A DNA stretch of 56,787 nucleotides, from the NCBI GenBank assembly GCA_030156575.1, contig JASGMG010000001.1, positions 1 to 56,787 of the forward strand, written 5' to 3'. The notes beneath the pieces are model-generated. The model was not told the DNA's origin and made no database searches. It worked only from the letters and a program-made list of their open reading frames with translations. The first letter of the stretch is position 1, and every line of letters starts with the position of its first letter. The DNA comes from Patescibacteria group bacterium (GTDB taxonomy: Bacteria > Patescibacteriota > Saccharimonadia > Saccharimonadales > Saccharimonadaceae). A program made the position numbers and the translations under genes. Below are positions 46,521 to 53,414 of the stretch, in pieces.

Positions 46521-46553
46521 ACAAAATTGCCCCCGCTGTAATAGCGGGGGCAA
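46521..46553 (-). terminator. Rho-independent terminator downstream of the LPXTG protein gene
   Basis: 11-bp GC-rich stem TTGCCCCCGCT / AGCGGGGGCAA with a 5-nt loop, followed on the minus strand by TTTTGTT. Confidence 0.75.
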
Positions 46554-46600
46554 TTAGTTTGGTCTGAATCGCTTCAGAAAGAGGAGCGGTCAGACTCTGA

Positions 46601-48103
46601 TTAAAGTGCTCGGCGACTATTTATATAGTAGCCTAAACTTGTAATCAATGTACCTAATCCAATGACGGAAGCTAATACTGTAGCACCTGTCTTTGGAAGT
46701 TCGGTCGGAGTTGTTGGCTCTTCGCCAGTAATCTCAAAAGCGGCTTTACAACCAGTGCTTGTTGCTGTGGCATCTTTGCCGTCAGCTTCAACTGTAATAG
46801 TTGCTTGCACTGTATACTTACCAACAGTACTTTGATCATAATCAAAAGTCGTATCAGTACTTGTCTTAGTATCAATTATTTTGTCGTCTGCATCACGGAT
46901 AACATATGTAACACTTTTGAACGTTGCATTGTCAACCGAGTAAGCAAGCTTAAACCGAGTAGATGTCTTTGAAAGACGAATTATACTTAACGCGTCGCAT
47001 GTATAAGCAACGGTTGGAGCTTCACACTCTTTAGTAACGACAACGTTAGCAGTGTCTTCTTTGGCTCCGCCACTTGTTATTGCCTTGGCTGTGTTTATTA
47101 ATGTATTTGGTCCACAAGCTGGTAAAGCATCGTTATTAGGTATTTCGGCAGTAAATTTAATATAAGCATCACCTTCGGGCATATATCCACCGATTACTAT
47201 GCCACCAGCTGTGATTCCGTCAGCAACCTGTTTTGTGCCATCAGAGTTGTGTAGGTATGTGCTTCCTGCGACGTATTTAGCGCCAGCAGGTAGAGTGTCT
47301 TTTATAACAACGTCTTTTAGTTGTGTACCGCCAGTGTTTTTAAAGTAAATCTGGTAATCAACTTTGTCACCGGGTTTTACATTAACACTTTCTTTGAAGG
47401 TCTTATCGGTTGCGCTATTTGCGCGAACGGTTTTTTGAACGTCAAAACTTGCGGTTGTGGCTTTGACCTTAAATATGACAAGACCGTCGTACTTGTAACA
47501 TCCAGGGATTTTTCCATCTAACTTGTCGTATCCAAGTGTAGCGCCTGAGCTTACGACGGTGTCGGGTAGCGCAGTACCAGCAGTAAACACATTATTAGTA
47601 TAAGTTGCTGAACCTGCAACATAGGTCATATTAAAGTCTGAATCGCTACTAAAAACAGCTTGATCCCAGATTTTGTCTGGTTTAGCGTTGCTTGATGAAA
47701 TGTATCCATCGATTTGAATTCGCTTTGCAGTTTGCGTTGGAACGTTAAAGTTTGCAACAACATTTTCAGCAACTAAATTTAAATTAGCAGCTGCGTTGTT
47801 ATGTACGTACATACGAACGTAATATTCTTTGCCATTCTGAATTGTAATGTCGTCAGTCCAGCCGCCCTTGGCTGTATTGTCTGCATCTTTGATAGTTACA
47901 AAATTGCGCTCATCACCATAATTTGGATTATTAGTTATTGAGTTAAATGTAACGTGATCGGCTGGCACTTCTATTGTATAAGTTGGCCGTTCTGGTCCCC
48001 ATGCGAATAATACTGCTGGTACGATAACTGCGGTTGCAATCATTAGTAGGGCAGCGCTAGTGCGCTTGGGAGCTTTACGCACGAGTGATAATAGTTTTCT
48101 CAT
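46601..48103 (-). CDS. LPXTG-anchored cell-surface protein
   Basis: N-terminal signal/TM (SAALLMIATAVIVPAVLFAWG). Beta-rich repeats, including a DUF11-like 'KPGDKVDYQIYFKNTGGTQLKDVVIKDTLPAGAKYV' segment. C-terminal 'LPKTG', a hydrophobic stretch and 'SRRAL', which is a sortase sorting signal. GGAG RBS upstream. Confidence 0.8.
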   Translation of the reverse strand: MRKLLSLVRKAPKRTSAALLMIATAVIVPAVLFAWGPERPTYTIEVPADHVTFNSITNNPNYGDERNFVTIKDADNTAKGGWTDDITIQNGKEYYVRMYVHNNAAANLNLVAENVVANFNVPTQTAKRIQIDGYISSSNAKPDKIWDQAVFSSDSDFNMTYVAGSATYTNNVFTAGTALPDTVVSSGATLGYDKLDGKIPGCYKYDGLVIFKVKATTASFDVQKTVRANSATDKTFKESVNVKPGDKVDYQIYFKNTGGTQLKDVVIKDTLPAGAKYVAGSTYLHNSDGTKQVADGITAGGIVIGGYMPEGDAYIKFTAEIPNNDALPACGPNTLINTAKAITSGGAKEDTANVVVTKECEAPTVAYTCDALSIIRLSKTSTRFKLAYSVDNATFKSVTYVIRDADDKIIDTKTSTDTTFDYDQSTVGKYTVQATITVEADGKDATATSTGCKAAFEITGEEPTTPTELPKTGATVLASVIGLGTLITSLGYYINSRRAL

Positions 48104-48185
48104 GATTGTTTCTCCTTTGTTTGGTTTTCTCTCTTAAAAACCAAACGTTAATTAGTTATATCTCTTTGATATTTTTTGCTGAGTT

Positions 48186-48250
48186 GTTAAAGTTTCAAAT
48201 CAGATCATTACAATGTGCATGTCGAACCTAAAAGGTTCACAGGTGAATTT
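48186..48250. repeat. Left copy of a ~65-bp inverted repeat (core 48196..48223)
   Basis: CAAATCAGATCATTACA-AT-GTGCATGTC. Its reverse complement recurs at 49622..49647 (17/17 and 9/9 matches with a 2-nt indel). Flanking GTTAA and ACAGGTGAATT sub-blocks are also shared. Confidence 0.8.
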
Positions 48251-48316
48251 ACTCAATTGCTAGCAAAGCTCTAACAAGAATAAACTACTTGGATTGATAT
48301 GTATTTTATAAAGCAA

Positions 48317-48350
48317 GGAATTAGATGTCTTTTGTGAGTCATCTAATTCC
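48317..48350 (-). terminator. Hairpin downstream of the 348-aa membrane protein gene
   Basis: 11-bp stem GGAATTAGATG / CATCTAATTCC with a 12-nt loop, 17 nt after the stop. The trailing sequence on the minus strand is only moderately T-rich. Confidence 0.45.
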
Positions 48351-48366
48351 AAGCTTGTGATAAGCC

Positions 48367-49413
48367 TTACCAGTCTGTTGGTGGTGTCGATATTGTGTGG
48401 CTTTGGTTGTCGTCGACAACTCCGCCAACAGCTTCTTCTACCGCTGCCTCGTGAGCTACGGTATTTTCGGCTGCTGCGGCTTCGGCATCGGCTGCTGCTG
48501 CAGCTGCGTCTGCTTCTGGATTGTTTTGCAATCCATTCGAGACAGACGCACCATCTTCAGTGGATACTGTATGTTCAATTACATCGTCTTTTTTCCAGTC
48601 GTCAACCGCGGGGTTGACGACTGTACTTTCAGACGAATTTTTGGGTGTCAGGGGGGTGTCGGGGGTCGGAGTCGGGATTGGGGGATTATCGGTCTTACCC
48701 GGAGGTAAGTTAGATGATCCTCTTGTCACAATGTTTCCACATCGTGCCATTACCCAGAAAGTACTTCCGTCGTCAAGTGTAACCTCTATGGCGGTTCTGT
48801 CTCCGCCAATTTGACCATCAGACGATACTACCGTGTCGTTTTCGACACCTGTATTTGTTCCGTCTTCAGGTGCTTGTCCTACTTTAAATCTGGCAGTTGC
48901 AAGTTCAGTTCGTAGCTCTGCTACCAGAGCTACAGTGTCTAAAGTCGCCATGTCGTTTTCATCGAACATTTTTGTCCGATCTACATCTCTCTTCAGGATT
49001 GACTTAGTCGCTCCTGATAAAAGTACAGGGTCTGTCTTTACTCTTTCAAGCCAAACAGAAGCAGCATCTCGGGCTTCTTCGGGTGTTTTAGCCGCATAAA
49101 TTTCGGCCAATCCATCGCCAAACCACCGATTATTTGCATAATCAGATAGTTTGATGTGCCAGGTTTTGCCACTAACAACTGATGTTTCTGGGGTAGACGT
49201 GGAAACAAAATTTAGATAATTATAGCTAGCAATTACAGCTATTGAGATTATTAAAATAATCGCAATAACATGTTTTTGACAATAAGCTCTGATTGAGTCG
49301 AGCTTAGTGCGAATTGCTATTTCATTATCTCCCGGTCTATAATTCTTTTTGGCTTGCGCCATTGCCATTTCTTTTTTCCTCTTCTCGAGGAGATTGTCTT
49401 CATACTTTTTCAT
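48367..49413 (-). CDS. Single-pass membrane protein with Pro/Thr linker and Ala/Glu-rich acidic C-terminus (hypothetical)
   Basis: 348 aa. Cytoplasmic basic N-terminus, TM (VIAIILIISIAVIASYNY), a globular region, 'PPGKTDNPPIPTPTPDTPLTPK' and a low-complexity 'EADAAAAAADAEAAAAE' tail. GGAGAGA RBS-like purine run upstream. Visibly GC-richer than neighbouring genes. Confidence 0.6.
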   Translation of the reverse strand: MKKYEDNLLEKRKKEMAMAQAKKNYRPGDNEIAIRTKLDSIRAYCQKHVIAIILIISIAVIASYNYLNFVSTSTPETSVVSGKTWHIKLSDYANNRWFGDGLAEIYAAKTPEEARDAASVWLERVKTDPVLLSGATKSILKRDVDRTKMFDENDMATLDTVALVAELRTELATARFKVGQAPEDGTNTGVENDTVVSSDGQIGGDRTAIEVTLDDGSTFWVMARCGNIVTRGSSNLPPGKTDNPPIPTPTPDTPLTPKNSSESTVVNPAVDDWKKDDVIEHTVSTEDGASVSNGLQNNPEADAAAAAADAEAAAAENTVAHEAAVEEAVGGVVDDNQSHTISTPPTDW

Positions 49414-49590
49414 TTCTTTCTCTCCTTTCTATCTTTTTATTTTTTGGAACAATTTATATAAAAGCGTTATACGCATTAAAAAATTAAGCTACCCAATAAA
49501 TAAATTTAAATATCAGGAGCAGCCGTCAGCTAACCTAAAATAGGCGAGCTAGCGTGCCACTTCTGAACAGAGAAGAAGATATGAAAAATC

Positions 49591-49652
49591 GAATTTACCT
49601 GTACAAATACATATCTTTACAGACATGCACTGTAATGATCTGATTTGTTAAC
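49591..49652. repeat. Right copy of the ~65-bp inverted repeat (core 49622..49647)
   Basis: GACATGCAC-TGTAATGATCTGATTTG is the reverse complement of the 48196..48223 core. GAATTTACCTGT (49591..49602) and TTAAC (49648..49652) mirror the flanks of the left copy. Confidence 0.8.
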
Positions 49653-49865
49653 GATCCTCCGCTATCTCGGGTCCTCACACCTTGGACAACTGATAACCCA
49701 AATGTATCACAAAATAGATAAAATGTCAATATATAGCATAATAAGTTTAGTATAAACGCAAGCGCTTTTAGTCAATTATGTCGGGTATCTTACGACTAAA
49801 GGCTAATAACTACTAGTCAAAAGGTATTTTTTTTGTTACAATCATCTGGAAATTGCAACTATTTT

Positions 49866-49940
49866 GGTCTCATCGTCTAATGGTTAGGACACCAGGTTTT
49901 CATCCTGGCAATCCGGGTTCAATTCCCGGTGAGATCACCA
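49866..49940 (+). tRNA. tRNA-Glu (anticodon TTC), CCA encoded
   Basis: GGTCTCA/TGAGATC acceptor, CCAGG-TTTTCAT-CCTGG anticodon arm and CCGGG-TTCAATT-CCCGG T-arm. Confidence 0.9.
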
Positions 49941-49950
49941 AATTAAGGAA

Positions 49951-49978
49951 CTCATCTGTTGATGAGATTTTCTTTTTT
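49951..49978 (+). terminator. Rho-independent terminator after tRNA-Glu
   Basis: CTCATC-TGTT-GATGAG hairpin followed by ATTTTCTTTTTT. Confidence 0.6.
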
Positions 49979-50031
49979 CTAAACATTATTTCATAATAGC
50001 CTTTCAAAATAACTATGTTACAATGTTAATT

Positions 50032-51444
50032 ATGAGTGTTATCTTTAAACGAACGAAAATATTGGCGACATTGGGGCCAAAAACCAATTCCAGTGAAATG
50101 ATTGAGAAGTTGTTAGTTGCTGGTGTAAATGGTCTTCGTATGAATTTTAGCCATGGAAATTATGAAGAACGTGACAAACAAATTGAGTGGATTCGTAATG
50201 CTACTAAAAAGACAGGCAAACCAGTTGCTATTTTTCAAGACTTACAAGGTCCAAAAATTCGCTTAGGTAATCTAAAGCAAGATATGGAAGTTAAAGTAGG
50301 TGATGAGCTAATTCTTGATTTTGAGTCCGAGCATAACGGATTTACAATTCCAATCCAATACAATCTAGCCGAAAAAGTTAAATTAGGTGAAAAGATCTAT
50401 ATCTTTGATGGTACGGTCCGTACGTCTGTAATTGAGATTACTAGTGCAACTGCGATAAAAGTGCGAGTTGAAAATAACGGTATCTTAATGAGTCGCAAGG
50501 GTATTAATTTACCAGATACTGATTTTGGTGGTGATATTTTAACACCAAAAGATTTGGCAGATATTGAATTTGGTTCAACACGAGACATAGATTATGTAGC
50601 TCTTAGTTTTATCCAGAGTGCAGAAGATATTGATAACTTACGTCAAATACTATTATCTTATGGCTCAGATGCCCAAATTATAGCTAAAGTAGAAACAAAA
50701 GCCGCAGTGGTTGACGAAACGCTTGAGGCTATCGTTAAAGCAAGCGATGGAGTTATGGTAGCTCGTGGAGACCTTGCGATAGAGGCAGGTGCCGAAATTG
50801 TACCAATTGTCCAACGTCGAATTATTGAATTATGTCGAAAACATGGAAAACTTAGTATTGTTGCTACTCAAATGATGGCGAGTATGGTTGATGCACCAGA
50901 ACCTTCACGAGCAGAAGTCAGTGACGTATCTAATGCTGTAGTTCAAGGTGCCGATACTGTAATGCTTTCAGATGAGACAGCTAATGGTAGTTATGCTATC
51001 GAAACTGTTATGGCTATGAAAAAGGTGATTATTTACACTCAAGATCATGAGCCGGTTCAATCTGTTAGACCTAATATCGTACAAAAAGAGAAACGACGAG
51101 ATTCAATTAGTTCTGCTGCTGTGCATCTAGCTGAAAAATTAGGTGCTATTGCAATTGTTGTTGAAACTAAATCTGGTGCAACAGCTGCAAATATTGCAAA
51201 GCATCGTCCAAATTTGCCGATAATTAGCGTATCCAGTGAGATTAGAACTGCTCAGCAATTATCTTTAAGTTATGCAAATCGAAGTTATGTTCGTCCAGAT
51301 AGCGATAATGCTGGTTATGATATTGCCATGGAATTAAAAGAGCAAGGATATTTCGGTAAAGATCCTGTGACGGTTGTGATTGTTAGTGGTCAACACCCTG
51401 GTGTAGCTGACACTACTAACACAATTAAAGTGCAAAAGCTTTAA
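50032..51444 (+). CDS. pyk: Pyruvate kinase
   Basis: 'RTKILATLGP', 'GLRMNFSHG', 'DLQGPKIRLG', 'GINLPD', 'IIAKVE', 'MVARGDLAIE' and 'ATQMMASM'. The start could equally be the ATG at 50023. Confidence 0.92.
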   Translation: MSVIFKRTKILATLGPKTNSSEMIEKLLVAGVNGLRMNFSHGNYEERDKQIEWIRNATKKTGKPVAIFQDLQGPKIRLGNLKQDMEVKVGDELILDFESEHNGFTIPIQYNLAEKVKLGEKIYIFDGTVRTSVIEITSATAIKVRVENNGILMSRKGINLPDTDFGGDILTPKDLADIEFGSTRDIDYVALSFIQSAEDIDNLRQILLSYGSDAQIIAKVETKAAVVDETLEAIVKASDGVMVARGDLAIEAGAEIVPIVQRRIIELCRKHGKLSIVATQMMASMVDAPEPSRAEVSDVSNAVVQGADTVMLSDETANGSYAIETVMAMKKVIIYTQDHEPVQSVRPNIVQKEKRRDSISSAAVHLAEKLGAIAIVVETKSGATAANIAKHRPNLPIISVSSEIRTAQQLSLSYANRSYVRPDSDNAGYDIAMELKEQGYFGKDPVTVVIVSGQHPGVADTTNTIKVQKL

Positions 51445-51530
51445 TATTCACAATATTTTAAAAAGCTCACTAGACGTTAGAGCTTAATTAGAGTAAACTA
51501 AAAAATAATAAACATAAACGATATATTTGA

Positions 51531-52319
51531 ATGACAAACGACAAAAAGAAAATTATCATTGGCAATTGGAAAATGAATCTTAATATGCAAGATGCTAGTT
51601 TATACTTGCAACGGCTGTCAGAACTTATAAAAATTCGTCGTGATGTTGAGGTTATATTAGCGCCAACTACTTTAACTTTGCAATCATTAAGTTTACAAGT
51701 AAATTTACGACAGTTTAAATTAGCATCTCAAAATTTTTATTGGCGCGATCATGGTTCTTATACTGGTGAAGTGTCAGCAACTCAATTACGTGGTATTGTT
51801 CAGTATGGACTAGTTGGTCATTCAGAACGCCGGCATATTTTTTGTGAAAGTGATAAAGATATTTGTAACAAAGTTGCAGCTGCTATCCGTAATCATATTA
51901 GACCAGTTTTGTGTATTGGTGAAACTGCATGGGAACGTTCAAACGGTGAAACATACGATATTCTGCAAGACCAGTTAATTGGCGGTTTAGCTAATATAAC
52001 TAGTGATGAGTTGAGTCAGGTAGTAATTGCATACGAACCAGTGTGGGCTGTTGGTACAGGACAAAACGCTTTACCAACTTATGTTAGCGCTGCTGCTAAA
52101 GCCATCAGAGGTCAAATTGAGCATCTATATGGTTCAGCCGCCGCTAAGTCTATTCAAGTATTATATGGCGGTAGTGTAACGATAGACAGCGCAGCTGACT
52201 ATTTATCATTACCAGAGTTAGATGGTTTATTAATTGGAGGGGCAAGTTTAAATGCCCATTCATTTAGTGAAATAATAAAAAAGGCACATAAGGGTTCGTC
52301 AACAGGCGAAAAAGATTAG
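51531..52319 (+). CDS. tpiA: Triosephosphate isomerase
   Basis: 'IIGNWKMN', 'VGHSERR', 'CIGET', 'IAYEPVWAVGTG' and 'YGGSV'. Confidence 0.93.
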   Translation: MTNDKKKIIIGNWKMNLNMQDASLYLQRLSELIKIRRDVEVILAPTTLTLQSLSLQVNLRQFKLASQNFYWRDHGSYTGEVSATQLRGIVQYGLVGHSERRHIFCESDKDICNKVAAAIRNHIRPVLCIGETAWERSNGETYDILQDQLIGGLANITSDELSQVVIAYEPVWAVGTGQNALPTYVSAAAKAIRGQIEHLYGSAAAKSIQVLYGGSVTIDSAADYLSLPELDGLLIGGASLNAHSFSEIIKKAHKGSSTGEKD

Positions 52320-52329
52320 GGGTGGATAA

Positions 52330-53388
52330 GTGAAGGATCTTGATTTCGATGAACTAGACAAGGCTGTGAATTCGTTAGTTACTAACGACTCTGGCTCTAC
52401 TAATGGTAATAATACTAGAAAAAAAACGTTCGATGTTAGTGCTAGACCTTCACGAACTCCAATTAATAGTCATTTTTCATCGTCTACACCTCCTAGTAGG
52501 CCTAATATTAGCCCTATAGCAAATAATACACCCGTTAGCCCATTAGGTCCTTCATTGGCTGGTAGACGAAGTACGGGACGTTTTATGGATGTAGTTCATC
52601 CATCCTCTGACATGAGAACATCTTTGGTTATGCCAAATAGAGTGTCTGGTGAAGATTCAGCTCCTAAGCCTACGCCAATGACATCATCAATCTCAAGTGC
52701 CGTAAAACCAAATACTACATCAATGGATGATGTTTGGCCTGATCCAATTAGTCTTAACGACAATAATCCTAATAATCAACCAAAATTAGAGGCCGAAGAT
52801 AGTTATGATGACGCCGATATTGACAAGATTAGTGATGATATAGATAACACGTTAGATCAAATAGCTAATGAGCCTCAAGAATCGCCATTTTTATCTGGTA
52901 CAAAAGTAGAGAAACGACCGCTTGGTGCATTCTCAACTGAGCAAGTTGCGACAGCCTCCAATCCTGTACTTCCAGAATCTAAAGAACCTCCAGTAGCTAA
53001 TAAATCAACCGGAGACAGGCCTGTTCCGTATGGTCTTGCTGATGATGAAGCTCCACTTCAGGATGAACTGCAAGATGAATTATTGTTAATTGAGTCGGGC
53101 GGTGTAGCTGGTTCTGATCAGGAATCGTCAGATACTGTTGTAAATAAATCGGCAGATACTCCGAAAGTAGAGGCACCAACATCTATTTCTCAACAATACA
53201 AAGAGAAACCAAGTACAGGTGATCATGATTCTGCCGCAATTTATGATATAAATACTTATCATAAAGCTATCATAAAACCTACTAAGAAAAAATCTGGTTG
53301 GCTTTTAGTCCTCTGGATATTTATACTGTTAATCGTTGGTGCTGGTGCTGGTGCGGTTGTTTACTTGTGGGTATTACCACTTTTATAG
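52330..53388 (+). CDS. Low-complexity Ser/Pro/Asp-rich protein with a C-terminal TM anchor (hypothetical)
   Basis: GTG start preceded by AGGGGTGG. About 320 aa with no hydrophobic core (PSRTPINSHFSSSTPPSRPNISP..., acidic DDADIDKISDDIDN), ending in one TM (WLLVLWIFILLIVGAGAGAVVYLWVL). Confidence 0.5.
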   Translation: MKDLDFDELDKAVNSLVTNDSGSTNGNNTRKKTFDVSARPSRTPINSHFSSSTPPSRPNISPIANNTPVSPLGPSLAGRRSTGRFMDVVHPSSDMRTSLVMPNRVSGEDSAPKPTPMTSSISSAVKPNTTSMDDVWPDPISLNDNNPNNQPKLEAEDSYDDADIDKISDDIDNTLDQIANEPQESPFLSGTKVEKRPLGAFSTEQVATASNPVLPESKEPPVANKSTGDRPVPYGLADDEAPLQDELQDELLLIESGGVAGSDQESSDTVVNKSADTPKVEAPTSISQQYKEKPSTGDHDSAAIYDINTYHKAIIKPTKKKSGWLLVLWIFILLIVGAGAGAVVYLWVLPLL

Positions 53389-53414
53389 CTTGTTATAGTC
53401 TATAATAGATATTA

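Noticed and set aside
48121-48146. A 9-bp hairpin (TTTGGTTTT/AAAACCAAA) sits directly upstream of the RBS of the LPXTG protein gene, and I considered it as a possible riboswitch or attenuator.
   Set aside because: It is too short and simple to assign. It has no U-tract and no alternative pairing that I could identify. It is mentioned only as context for the inverted-repeat finding.
48347-48359. A 13-nt exact repeat TAATTCCAAGCTT at 48347 also occurs at 56666..56678.
   Set aside because: By a rough estimate, a 13-mer match is expected by chance many times in a 57-kb AT-rich sequence. There is no extension of similarity on either side.
48357-49543. Five plus-strand ORFs (48357..48617, 48397..48708, 48521..48814, 48833..49099, 49349..49543) overlap one another opposite the 348-aa membrane protein gene.
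   Set aside because: They overlap in multiple frames, which is typical of stop-codon depletion on the antisense strand of a GC-richer, Ala-rich coding region. The minus-strand ORF has a TM helix, an RBS and a terminator.
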